From Mustelus asterias (Eukaryota), in contig NC_135804.1 of the NCBI RefSeq assembly GCF_964213995.1, positions 69,254,001 to 69,318,000 of the forward strand: a stretch of 64,000 bases of DNA, written 5' to 3'. The translations under genes were made by a program, and so were the position numbers. How positions within the stretch are numbered: position 1 is the first letter of the stretch; every line of letters begins with the position of its first letter. Below, in pieces: positions 47,761-60,889 of the stretch. The notes under the pieces were generated by a model. The model was not told the DNA's origin, did not search any database, and saw only the letters and a list, made by a program, of their open reading frames with translations.

Positions 47761-49512
47761 GACGAATAATTAATTTCTGAGAAACGACGTGAATCGCATG
47801 CCTTAGAATAACAAGAATCCGATCTGCTTTGAAAAGAACGCTCGTGATTCTGCAGTGTAACCATAATATATGCAGATAGACCAGAGCGAAATGTTTCCAA
47901 CACCGGCTTGGAAAATGAAAAATATGTGCATAGCAGTAAAAGTTTACATAGCAGTAAAAGTATAAAAGTTACAAACAAAAATGAACGTCATGACCATATG
48001 TCAGCTCGAGACTCTGTCCATTTGCCGAAATGTGCGGCTGAAAGGACATGTTTCGCAATAAACTGACATTCTGATGTTCCTGTGGTTACCTTATGTCAGT
48101 AGAACCAGAAGCTCATCCGGTGGATAGCTTTTTTGCGAGAAAAATGCAAAGGGGCAGTTACATTTGAAAAAAGATCATAAATTTATTGAATTTAATCATG
48201 TTACTGATGTAAGAATTTAATGATTGTTTTTGTTTCAGCTTGCTTACAGTTTATCTCTCAAAATCAACTTTGAATACAGAGATGCATTCATGGTTACGAG
48301 GTGGCGCTTCTTGATCCGGAGCATATTTCCTCGATATCGGGTGAGTACACAACTTGAAACCCAAGAAATAAATTATGCCGTTCAAGTAAACAGACGGGTA
48401 TTGTGTGTTATTCATTGACAAACTAAATATGCACATTAGCCCGGTGAAAATCCTGGAATTTCCTCCCTTACGGCATTGTGGGTCAACCCACATCACATGG
48501 AATGCAGCGATTCAAGAAGGCAACTTTCCACCACCTTCTCAAGGGCAATTCGAGATGGGCAATTAATACTGGCCAGTCAGCGACGCCCATGTCCCACGAA
48601 TAAATAACAATAAGCGACTGTGTTGAATTTGCAGGAGATGTGAATTGAGTCATATTTGGTGCTTTGCAGGCTACTCCGGCTAACCAATTACGCACCATAT
48701 ATTCATCCCATTACGGAATGCATTGGAGTAATGTGGGGAATAAAAATGGTGATCCATTCAGCTGGACTGTTCCTCTTGTGAAACATAAAATATTTGTGAG
48801 GAACCAGTGAAGTCTTTAAGCTTCCAAAACCTCTTTGGCAATGACATTAAGAGGGTCTTTCATTTGATACGGCGGAGAAATGTTTTGTAATTGTCTTTAA
48901 AAGAGCACGGATGCCGGATTCGGACGGCTATTTTAAGGCCTGATTCGTACCGACTGTCGAATACTTTACGGAAAGCGGTTAATAATTTGAGCCGACTACT
49001 AAAATGGAGACGCCTGCGGGGAAATACATATTTTGAAAATAAAAGATTCGCAATTGATAAATCGGAAACTGAATTTGCATTAATCCCCAGGGTGCACACA
49101 TGCGTGGTGACGACAGATTCTCTGCGCCGAACTGAGCACGTTATATAAATATGGGCATGATAAGTGGCGAGTTTTAAAACAGATGACCGAAGCACGGAAC
49201 TGGTTTTATCAGTGCTCAAATTCTTTGTTGCATCGAGTGTGTTCTGTCGTTAGTTGATATCTCATTGATTCAATCGAACTGCATGAATATTGACATCTAC
49301 CATGCGGAGTCACCATTATGGGCGGACGTCCATCTCTTGTCATTTCCAGATGAACGCTGTTGCCAACTTTTAAACCTTGTCATTTGCACTCAGCTTTGCC
49401 GAATCCGTTGATAACGGTACTCTCTCTTCACTCTGTTCGTTGTGTAATCGTCCACAGCAAAGCAGGACTGAAAAAGAATGGCACTCCCAGCGTGCGGCAT
49501 ACAGTTGCATAA

Positions 49513-51304
49513 ACATAGAGCATAGAACAGTACAGCACAGAACAGGCCCTTCGGCCCACAATGCTGTGCCGAGCTTTATCTGAAACCAAGATCAAGCTAT
49601 CCCATTCCCTACCATCCTCGTGTGCTCCATGTGCCTATCCAATAACCGCTTAAATGTTCCTAAAGTGTCTGACTCCACTATCACTACACGCAGTCCATTC
49701 CACACCGCAACCACTCTCTGAGTAAAGAACCTAGGTCGGACATTCTTCCTATATCTCCCACCATGAACCCTATAGTTATGCCCCCTTGTAATAGGTCCAA
49801 CCACCCGAGGAAATAGTCTTTGAACGTTCACTCTATCTATCCCCTTCAGCATTTTATAAACCTCTATTAAGTCTCCGCTCAACCTCCTCCGCTCCAGAGA
49901 GAACAGCCCTAGCTCCCTCAACCTTTCCTCATAAGACCTACCCTCCAAACCAGGCAGCATCCTGGTAAATCTCCTTTGCACTCTTTCCAGTGCTTCCACA
50001 TCCTTCTTATAGTGAGGTGACCAGAACTGCACACAATATTCCAAATGTGGTCTCGCCAAGGTTCTGTACAGTTGCAGCATAACCCCACGGCTCTTAAACT
50101 CCAACCCCCTGTTAATAAAAGCTAACACACTATAGGCCTTCTTCACAGCTCTATCTGCTTGAGTGGCAACCTTCAGAGATCTGTGGATATGGACCCCAAG
50201 ATCTCTCTGTTCCTCCACAGTCTTCAGAACCCTATCTTTGACCCTCTAATCCACATTTAAATTAGTCCTACCAAAATGAATCACCTCAAATTTATCAGGG
50301 TTAAACTCCATCTGCCATTTTTCAGCCCAGCTTTGCATCCTATCTATGTCTCTTTGCAGTCTACAACAGCCCTCCACCTCATCCACTACTCCACCAATCT
50401 TGGTGTCATCAGCAAATTTACTGATCCACCCTTCAGCCCCCTCCTCTAAGTCATTAACAAAAATCACAAATAGCAGAGGACCACGCACTGATCCTTGTGG
50501 CACTCTGCGAGCAACTTGCCTCCAGTCCGAAAAATTTCCATCCACCACCACCCTCTGTCTTTGATCAGATAGCCAGTTACCTATCCAATCGGCCAACTTT
50601 CCCTCTATCCCACACCTTACTTTTATCATAAGCTGACCATGGGGGACCTTATCAAACGCCTTACTAAAATCCATGTATATGACATCAACTGTCCTACCTT
50701 CATCAACACACTTAGTTACCTCCTCAAAAAATTCAATCAAATTTGTGAGGCACAACTTGCCCTTCACGAATCCGTGCTGACTATCCCGGATTAATCCGTA
50801 TCTTTCTAATTGGTCATAAATCCCATCTCTAAGGACCTTTTCCATCAACTTACCAACCACCGAAGTAAGGCTAACCGGCCTATAATTACCAGGGTAATTT
50901 CTATTCCCTTTCTTATACAGAGAGACAACATTCACCACTCTCCAGTCCTCTGGCACCATCCCCGTGGACAGTGAGGACCAAAAGACCAAAGCCAAAGGTT
51001 CTGCAACCTCATCCCTTGCCTCCTAAAGAATCCTAGGATATATTTCATCAGGCCCAGGGGACTTACCGACCTTCAGTTTATTCAAAACTACTCGTACATC
51101 CTCCCTTGGAACATCTCCTTCCTCCAACCTATTAGCCTGTAACACCTTCTCATCCTCAAAAACATGGCCCCTCTTCTTGGTGCACACTGAAGAAAAGTAT
51201 TCATTCATCACCTCCTATCTCTACTGACTCCATACCCAAGTTCCCACTACTGTCCTTGACCGGCCCTAACCTCACCCTGGTCATTCTTTTATTTCTCACA
51301 TAAG
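49513..51304 (-). mobile_element. Young CR1 LINE (same subfamily as 2772-5448)
   Basis: Near-identical sequence; RT motifs in ORFs 50246-50995 and 49592-50218. Confidence 0.96.
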
Positions 51305-51395
51305 AATCATGTAAAATACACCGCCAAAATGTCTGTATGGTGGTAGTAAGTCTCAGATACGCAAACAAACCTCTATAATTGATGTGCCTCATGCA

Positions 51396-52076
51396 GATAT
51401 TATGGTTCAGGTTAGAAACTCCAAAGTGTTTTATGAGGCCCTCCTGAGCCAGACGTTTTGCATGTTGAACATAGCTTGGATGAGCACGAGATGTTTCATT
51501 CTAGGTCTTACTCAAGTGAGCCCACAAGGGAGCTTTTATGAAACAAAATTTAGTTAATTATTTAATCAAAATGTATAGCAAGAAAATTGCCAAGAACGTT
51601 TATCAATTAGAAACAAGATCAAAACAGCCACACCAGTGTTTAACCCTTAATGCATCTATGTAATGATGTTCCAATCAAAACCAAAATCCAATAAACAAAA
51701 TCCCTCAGACAGATTTACCACTGCACAGGCTAAAGCTCACATGATACTAGAATCCAGTTCCCTATGTTGAATTCTGCTGTCAAATGATCTTGAAAACTCA
51801 GAGCACCCTGCAGTCGCATGAGCTCCGCAACGCACCAAACCACAGATTGATTACTGCAGCATGGCTACAAGCCTTTCTTTCATTAAACTGGTAAAATCTT
51901 CAAAGCAGAACTGGGAGAGAAACTTATTTTCTAGCTTGCTGCTGAGACTGCTTCGAAGACTGCAGCCAGACCTACCCATAGCTTTTGTCTCCACCCAACA
52001 ATGACATCACCTCAGGCTGTGAGCATGAAATCATTTTTTAAAAAAACATCTCTTAAAGGGACACTAACCTCACACA
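51396..52076. mobile_element. Probable degraded solo LTR
   Basis: About 680-bp non-coding block, (T)ATTATGG..CAGG.TTAGAAACTCC...TTAAAGGGACAC...CACA, resembling the organisation of 8518-9291. Confidence 0.4.
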
Positions 52077-53618
52077 GTAAAACTATAAATGTTCCTGCCA
52101 TTACAAAAACAGGACAATATTCGCTAAGCAATTCTGCAATAGCAACTGCTGATCGAATATCCCGTCATCAATCTTCTGTTATGGCTGATCATCAGAACCT
52201 TCGGCAGTAAAGTTACAATGTAATGAAAAAAAACCGATTGTTCGAGCAGTTTAATTGCTGAACACGTTATACACGTTGGCTATGTTTCACATTACTTTAT
52301 TTTTTCATAATTTGCTGCATTGTTTCTTCTAAATTGATTACATAGTTCACTTTCCTAGTTGGAGAGCTGATGGTGCAGTGGGAATCCAACTTCTGCCAAT
52401 AATTCAGGGACTCAGGATAATGGTTTGGGAACATTTGTTAAATGTCATCGTGGTAACCACTGGAAATTTAATTAACTCAATATAATTTGCAATTGAAAGC
52501 TAGTCTTATTAAAGTTGATCATAATTTGAAAAAAAAATGATTGTTTTGCACACAGTCCATGCATCACCAAAGGTTTCCAGGAAGTAATTCTGCCGTCTTT
52601 GCATTGTCTAACATACAAGTGATTGCACACGGACAGAAATAGTATTAGTTACTAATTGTCTTCTGAAGTTACCGAAGAAAGGCACTTGTGGCATGCGGCG
52701 TGCAGTTTTATAATGTGCAATACACGGCCAAAATATCTCTGTGGTGGTAGTAAGTCTCAGTAATGCGAATTCAGTTCAAGAAGAATTATGAAGGGTATCA
52801 GATTCAGACTATGCAAACCACACCACCATCCCATAAATTAACTGAGACAAACGAGAAACTGCTGGGGTTCTGATCTTACAAGGGTACAACTCCCCGAAAT
52901 TAAAAATTCTTTTTCGATCAGGTCTATCATCTCATCGTTCGGCTACAGGTGTCATCCACATTAAGTGTTCCATTGGTGATTGAATACATTCACACTGAAG
53001 CGAAGTACGTAAAGTAGGCGGATTTTAACTTCTGGTTGTAAATGCGGAGGTAAATGAATCGCATTTCAAAACTACATGCAAATTAAACAAAAACAAACAC
53101 GTAATCCATTTTATGAACAGGTATTCCTGAGTAGCATCACAGCAAAGCAAAAATCTTTGCAAAACGTTTCTCGTGGAATATGGGAGAGGCTGCCAAAACA
53201 TCACTGTTGCCCATACATATTTCCTTTTGAAAAGTTCGTCGTGGTCGCTTTCTTGAATGCTATAATAATTCTGCTGCGGGTAAGCCCGTTTTGTTAGAGG
53301 GAAAGGAATGTCAAGATGTTCATCATGTTCGGCGGAAACCTTCTTTCGTTTCTTCTGCAAATGTGTCAGCGTCGGTAAACGATTCTTTCAAAGTTCATAC
53401 AGACAAAGGATTAACAAGCCATTGCAAACCGTAAGCCACTGCCGCAAAAATGGACAGCAGTACTGTTTTATGTGTCAAAGATTAATATTGCCATGGATGG
53501 ATATCCAGTTCTTTGGCAGCTGGTGGGCACCTGCACTTTCATTGACGCCTATCTAGTCAACACAGCGTCAGGATGTTACATCAATCTCCAAGTGTTACGC
53601 CAGCAGGATTCGACTCAT

Positions 53619-54720
53619 GGGGCCCGATTTTACCATTGCGTGGCGCCCAGTTTCGGACGCAAAAACATGGTAAAGTCGGGTGTGAGGCCATTAACTCGGT
53701 CCGGTCCGCGCAGATGCCCACTTTACCAAGGCCGGAAAATGGCCACGATCCAATTCGCCCCGAAACGGGCGCAACGGCGATTTAAATGAATTTGCACGCA
53801 TTTAAATTGAATTAATAGGCTGCCCACCCACGTTTATCAGCATTTTCCCCTTTACCATCACGTTCGTAAGTCCAGATATGGTGTGAAACAGACATGCTTG
53901 GCCAAGGTCTGTTGCGGGAGCTCCAGCTTCTGAAGAGGTGAGTTCAGAGCTTCCAACGGCTGCCTGACTCAGATCGGTGCTGGGAAGGGTGTGGGGTGGG
54001 GGGGGGGGTGGGGGGGGGGGCGGTGGAGAGAGGCGGGCCAGATCATTCTCTGGTGAGGGGGGTAGGGAGGACAGATCGTTTTCTGGTGGATGGGGAGAGG
54101 GAGGAATGCCCGATCGTGTCTGGTTGGGGGGGGGGGGCGGGGACGGGAGGGGGGAGAGGCAGAGGGAGGCCAGATTGTTGTACGGTGGGGAGGGGGTGGA
54201 AAGGCAGAGGGAGGCCAGGTTGTTATCTGGTGGTGGGGGGCGGGGTGGGGGGGAGGCAGAGGGAGGTCAGATTGTTGTCTGGTGGGGGGGAGGAGTGTGA
54301 CCCAATCATTCTCTGGTGAGGGGAGTTGGAGAGAGCAGGGGGGGTGGGGCGTTGGCGGGGGGGGGGTCCACTGCCACTCTGCGGGCAGTCAGTGGGGGGG
54401 GAAGTGGGGCAGGGGGTCGCCATTGGCCTGTTTGGGAGGGTGGGTTGATAAGGGGGACAGTTATGTTGTGGGGATGGGGTGATGTCTGTGGGGACCATCG
54501 CTCCCGCTTTCCACTCCCGGGCCGCAAAAAGCGGACAAAGCGGTCTGGGAGCGATGTGACAGGGGCAAGTTTTTAATTTTTTTTCTCACTGCGCATGCGC
54601 AATTCAAAGCCCCGATCCTTGCAACAGCACTTCCGGTATGCTAAGCCCCGCCCACATTGCAATTCAAGCTTTTTTGTCAGGCTAAGTACATATGGGGGCG
54701 CCTCGGAACAGATTTCCCAA
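53619..54720 (+). mobile_element. Non-autonomous Harbinger-like element, copy 1 (one terminus missing)
   Basis: Begins with TIR GGGGCCCGATTTTACCATT; internal G-rich repeats. Confidence 0.75.
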
Positions 54721-56009
54721 GGGGCCCGATTTTACCATTTTGATTCGACATGCTGAATTTGGGCGCAATTCAGATCTGTACTGTAAAAGTGTTCTCCGGC
54801 GCCCCCATACGCACTTAGCCTGAAAAATAAGTCGTCAGTCTGAATTGTGCTGTGGGCGGGACTTATCGCTCCAAAACGCTGCTGCTCCGATCGGAACTTT
54901 GAACTGCACATGCACAGTGAGAAAACAATTTGCAAAATGTGCCCCTGTCACATCTCTCCCAGGCTGCAAAAAGTGGATAAAGCAGCCGGGAAGTGAAAAG
55001 CGAGAACGATGGCCCCCACAGATCACCCCAACCCCACAACATGACTGTCCCCCTTATCCACCCAATCCCCTCCACTACCCAAATCGATTGTGACCCTCTG
55101 CCCCTTTCCCCCCACCGATTGCCCGCAGAGTGGCAGCAGACCCCTCCCCTACCTGTCACTCCCCCCCCACCCCACCAGAGATCCATCTGGCCTCCTTCCC
55201 ACCCCACCAGTGAGCGATTGGGCCTCCCCCCACCAGAGAAAGATCGGGCATCCCCCCCACCAGAGGATGATTATGCCTCCCACCACCAGATAATGATTTG
55301 ACCTCCCCTCCCGCAACGAATGATCGGGCCTCCCCTCCACCAGATAATGATCGGGCCTGCCCCCCAGAGAATGATCAGGCCTCCCACTTCCCTCCCCCCT
55401 CCAGTAAATGATCTGGCCTCCCTCCTTCCCCTACCGGACGATGATCTGGCCTCTCCCCACCCCACCGGAGAATGATCGGGCCTCCATCCTCCCTCCTCCC
55501 TCCACTGTCCACCCCCCCACCGCCCCCCCCTCACCAGAGATGCATTTGACCCTCCTTCCTCACCCTCACCAGAGGACGATTCGGCCTCCCTCCTCCCCTC
55601 CTCCCCCCCCCCCAACCAGAGAATGATCTGACCCACCTCCCTTCCCCCCCAACCCAACGATCTGAGTCACAGAGTCACTGGAAGCTCTGAACATACCTCT
55701 TCAGAAGCTGAAGCGCCCGAAACAGACCTTTGCTGAACATGTCTGTTTCACGCTGAATCTGGATGGGCGAACACAATGGTAAACGGAGAAATGCTGGTAA
55801 AGGTGGGCGGACAGGCCATTAATTCAATTTAAATGCATGTGAATGCATTTAAATCCCATTGCGCCTGTTTCGGGCGCGATTTGGATTGTGGCCATTTTCG
55901 GGCCTTGGTAAAGTGGGCATCTGCGTGGACGCGGGTGTGGATCGTGTTGATAGCCTCACGTCAGACTTTACCAAATTTTCGCGTCCGTACAATGGTAGAA
56001 TCGGGCCTA
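54721..56009 (-). mobile_element. Non-autonomous Harbinger-like element, copy 2 (both TIRs)
   Basis: TIRs GGGGCCCGATTTTACCATT (54721) and AATGGTAGAATCGGGCCT (55991-56008); inverted homolog of copy 1. Confidence 0.8.
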
Positions 56010-56240
56010 TAGAATCAAAGAATCCATACAGTCCCAAAGGATGCCATTTCGGCCTGTCCAGTCGGCACTGGCAGCGATCCCACCCAGGCTCTACCCCTGT
56101 AGCCCCACGTAGTCACCCTGCTCGTCCAGCTGACACTAAGGGACAATTTAGTATGGCCAATCAACGTAACTCACACACGTTTGGAGTGTGGGATGGAGCA
56201 ACCGGAGGAAACTAACGCAGACACGTGCAAACTCCACAGA
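56010..56240 (-). mobile_element. SINE 3' portion
   Basis: Reverse-complement HE1-type core and tail. Confidence 0.8.
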
Positions 56241-57564
56241 GGCACAGATCGGCATTTAACTCTCCACAGAAAAATAACTGGATGTTACGTTTAGCCTCGT
56301 ATCGTGGAGCGAAAGTAACGGCTCGTGACCAGAGATGTATCTGTGGTATTGGGTGAAGACGCGTCGCTTTGCGTTTAATGCATTTCCACTTTCCCAGTAA
56401 ATTCGCATGAGCTTTTGTAGTGGAAATAGGGATTACCAGAAGAGTTAAACATATTTATCTCCATTTGCAAGAAATGTAAACAGCAAAATTGAAGAATAAT
56501 TTCTCAAAGGATCAAACCTCAAAATCCTTATTGAGACAGCAGCGACCGAATAAAATCTTGTTCGTTCGAAAAGTTATTACAGTGGCCCGGATTTTGTTAC
56601 CTGAATAGAAGTGTTATTTAAGGTTATTCATTGTTTTTTGGGGAGGGAACTGTACAGCAAGATATGCCGAAAGACAGAATTTCCTATGTTTCCGAATGGT
56701 CATCAAAACAATCTTCAAGAATTGTCGCAAGTGGTCGATCTATAAAGCGGCAGTGCCCAGAGCTGCGCCAATTTGTGAAGATTGCTAACAAGCTGCAGAT
56801 GTTTTAGCGATCCTTGGTTTGAAGCTGTTATGAGGAGGTGTCATACACAACGTACAGGGCCGTTGGTAGTCGACACCATCTGTACTTTGTAATCCAAGGC
56901 ACAAAACATTCTGATTTGGAAATGTGTCCTTTTCTTCCATCATTCTTGCGTAAAATTCTTGGAAAGCACTCTCGCCGAGTGGTCCAGATGCTATATGCAG
57001 TGCCGCAGCTCAAAGACGCTTTTTGCACCGTATTAAGCTCAGTTGAGGATGGTCATCAAAGTTTGCTCTTGTCAGCGACATTCTCATGCCATTAATGTCA
57101 CGCACAGGTAACTATGCCCTTGGATACAAACATAAGTAATCACGCAGGACCACACATACAAAGCAACTTCTGAAAGAGAGGGGGACGCAGGTAGACATAT
57201 AGACTACAGATATGCTCTTTGATAGATGCAAAGGCAAGTAAAGCAAAATGCTGCAAATGCTGAAAATATAAAGCAAAAATACAAAATTATGTATATGTTC
57301 ACCACGTCTGGAACCATCTGCGGAGAATGAAACAGAACTAGCGTTTCGAATCGGACGTTTTCCTGTCCTGAGTTTAAAAACAAAATCCAGGCCTTTGAAT
57401 TAAAAAATTCGAACGCACGACATGTTATTCAGTCTCTGTTGTCTCACTAAGGATTCTAAGGTCTGAAACTTAGATTCTCTCCAAATATAAGTCAAGATCT
57501 GCTGAGTATTCCTAACATTTCATGCATTGATTAAAGGGAGGGGCGAACGTTAAATCAAAACATA

Positions 57565-59050
57565 CAAATAGCTTTATAGAAAGATAGAAGCAGGAGTTGG
57601 CCATTCGGCCTTTCGAGCATGTTCAGCTGTTCATTGTGATCAAGGCTGATCATCAATCCAACGCCTTAATCTCGCCTTCCCTCATGCCTGCTGATCCGTC
57701 TAGCCCTAAGAGCATTATCTAATTCCTTCTTGAAATCACACAACGTATTGACCTCAACTACTTTCTGTGGTGGTGATTTCCGAAGATTTACCACTCCCTG
57801 CGTGAAGAAATGTTGCTTTACTCACTCTTAACAGGTTTACCCATTATTCTCACATTATGCTCTCTAGTTCTGAACACCTCCACCATCGAGAACAATATTT
57901 CTTTATCAACCTTATCTAATCCTGCAAGAATTGTATAGGTTTCTACGAGATCCTTTGTCATTCTTCTAAGGTTCAATGGATGTAATCATATATTTAAGAA
58001 AACTTTGGACGGGTTCATGGATGAGAGGGGTGTGGAGGGATATGGTCCAAGTGCAGGTCAGTGGGACTAGGCATAAAATGGTTCGACACAGACAAGAAGG
58101 GCCAAAAGGCCTGTTTCTGAGCTGTAATTTTCTATGGTTCTATGGTTCTATGGTTCTATATCCGATTGAACCTTTCCATACTAGCCTTCATTAATCGAGG
58201 GATTGAGTTTAGGAGTCGGGAGATAATGCTGCAGCTTTATAGGACCCTGGTTAGACCCCACTTGGAGTACTGCGCGCAGTTCTGGTCACCTCATTACAGG
58301 AAAGATGTTGAAGCCATTGAAAGGGTGCAGAGGAGATTTACAAGGATGTTGCCTGGATTGGGGGGCATGCCTTATGAGGATAGGTTGAGGGAGCTTGGTC
58401 TCTTCTCCCTGGAGAGACGAAGGATGAGAGGTGACCTGATAGAGGTTTACAAGATGTTGAGGGGTCTGGATAGGGTGGACTCTCAGAGGCTATTTCCAAG
58501 GGCTGAAATGGTTGCTACGAGAGGACACAGGTTTAAGGTGCTGGGGGGTAGGTACAGGGGGGATGTCAGGGGTAAGTTTTTCACTCAGAGGGTGGTGGGT
58601 GAGTGGAATCGGCTGACGTCGGTGGTGGTGGAGGCAAACTCGTTGGGGTCTTTTAAGAGACTTCTGGATGAGTACATGGGATTTAATGGGATTGAGGGCT
58701 ATAGATAGGCCTAGAGGTGGGGATGTGATCGGCGCAACTTGTGGGCCGAAGGGCCTGTTTGTGCTGTGACTTTCTATGTTCTATGTTCTATGTTCTATAT
58801 ATGGCAGTCCCGCATTCCAGGAAACAGCTTCGAAAAACTTCTCTGCCCTCTTCCACAGCAAAAATATCCTTCCTCTGATAAGGAGGCCAGAACTGCACAA
58901 AATACTCCAGATGTGGCCTCAGCAACGTCATATACAATTGCAGCAACACATTCCTCCTTACTTCTATACCAAAATCCTTTTGCTGTGAAGTCCAGCATAC
59001 ATTTTGTCTTCTGCACTGCCTGCTGCAGCAATACGTTTACTTTGATTGAT
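57565..59050. mobile_element. Old minus-strand CR1 3' end interrupted by two plus-strand CR1 3' fragments (57975-58157 and 58180-58798)
   Basis: 188-aa ORF 58142-58708 with LVRPHLEYCAQFWSPH; tails (ttctatgg)n and (ttctatg)n. Confidence 0.88.
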
Positions 59051-59051
59051 G

Positions 59052-60640
59052 CACAATTTGATTTGATTATTATTGTCACATGCATTTGTATTCAGTGAAA
59101 AATATTGTTTCTTCTGCACTATAAAGACAAAGCATACCGTACATAGAGAAGGAAAGAAGAGAGTGCAAAATGTAATGTTACAGTCATAGCCAAGGTGCAG
59201 AGAAAGATTAACTTTATGCGATGTAGGTCCATTCAAAAGTCTGATGGCAGCAGGGAAGAAGCTATTCTTGAGTTGGTTGGTACGTGCCCACAGATGTTTG
59301 TATCTTTTTCCCGAAGAGAGCCTGTCCGGTGTGCGTGGGGTACTTAATTATGCGGGCTGCTTTTTCGGGAAGGCTGCCCTGACGTCTGCAATGGTGACCT
59401 CGCATACAAGTTCGTTTCAAGGCATCTGGGGTGGAGAGTGTGGCATATACTGCATTGAGCTCATCGGGGAGGGGTGCGTTGGTAATGGCAATTTTACATG
59501 CCTTCATGGGTCGTGGGGGCCTGGAATATGTTGCCGGGCAAGGTGGTGGAGGCGGACACACTGGGAACGTTTAAGACTTATCTAGACAGCTATATGAACG
59601 GAGTGGGAATGGAGGGATACAAAAGAGTGGTCTAGTTTGGACCAGGGAGTGGCGCGGGCTAATTGTTCCTTGTTTCTCGTTTCAAGGCTTCATTCTATGA
59701 TCATCTTGCTGGTGCCAGTACAGAGCGAGACTGCGGATAGTTGGGAACCTGTCTCGGGGGCAGGGAATTCATATGGTGTTCGTGGAAGTGGAAATGACTA
59801 GGGTTGGGAAGCATTTTCCGATCAGGGCCAGTGTGATCTCCTGGACTCCTTTCGATCGCCTCAGGTGGTCGGAGAGGAATTTCCCAATTTTTTTTTCCCC
59901 ATATTGGCCCTGGGGTTTTCACTCTGGGTTTTCGCCTCTCCCTGGAGATCACATGGTCTGGAATGGGGGGGGGGGGGGTGGGGGTGAGTTAATAGGTTGT
60001 GATGAACAAAGCATCGTAGCTGTGAGGGACAGCTCGGTGGATAGGATATTGGTATGTAGATAGGCTGGAAAATTGGGTGGGGATCCTGGATTCAGGATTC
60101 AATCCTGGACCGGGGAGCAGCGCGGGCTTGGAGGGCCGAAGGGCCTGTTCCTGTGCTGTATTGTTCTTTGTTCTTTGTTCTTTGTTCATCTTGTATGCCT
60201 TGCAGAGCTTGCCATAGTCGGGCGGAGTCCGTGTTGCAAGCCTCGGACTTACTTTCGTCATGTACTGGCTTTTGGCATCATTGCTTGATCTCTTCGTTCA
60301 TATTTGACTTTGTTGTATAGGTCAAGGTCACCTGACTTGAATGCTTCAGACCTGGACTTCAGCAAGCCGTGGATATCGCTGTTCACCCATAGGTTCCGGT
60401 TGGGAAACACGCGATTGGTTTCTTTGGCACACAGTCTTCCAGACATTTAGGAACAAAGTCAGTTACCGTAGTGGCGTAATCGATGAGGCAGGTCGCAGAG
60501 TTTTTAAATACTGACCAGTCTTCTGACTGTACCCTGTCCCGGAGGAGATCATCCAATTCCTCAGAGCAACATTGCATGGCTTTCGTTGACGGATTCTCCC
60601 ATTTCAGTAAGCCAGGAGCAGGAGCACAGCCTTGTGGTCT
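59052..60640 (-). mobile_element. Rex1/Babar-type LINE fragments interrupted by a plus-strand CR1 3' end (59508-60188)
   Basis: LPDELNAVYA, DCVPKK...FPN...WVNSDI..LLKSR..AFKSGD remnants. Confidence 0.75.
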
Positions 60641-60889
60641 GAAAGGGTCTCGGTTATTATCCACCTCTCTCAATTGACCCCCTGACAAATAATAACATGC
60701 CTTCCTCTTATTTCGACTGAAGGGATAAATTCATATTTATCCACATTATATTGCACTTGCCATGCATCTCCTCACTCACTCAGTCTGTTCAAATCACACT
60801 GAAGTATCTCTACTTTCCATCTGATACATCACTCGCCATCCAACATTGCATTACCTACAAATTTTGAGATAATGCATTTAGAATCGCCA

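Noticed and set aside
56590-57095. Protein-like minus-strand reading in unique DNA ending at a CAG|GTAAC donor
   Set aside because: Interrupted by stops, with no recognisable domain; cannot be supported without a homology search.
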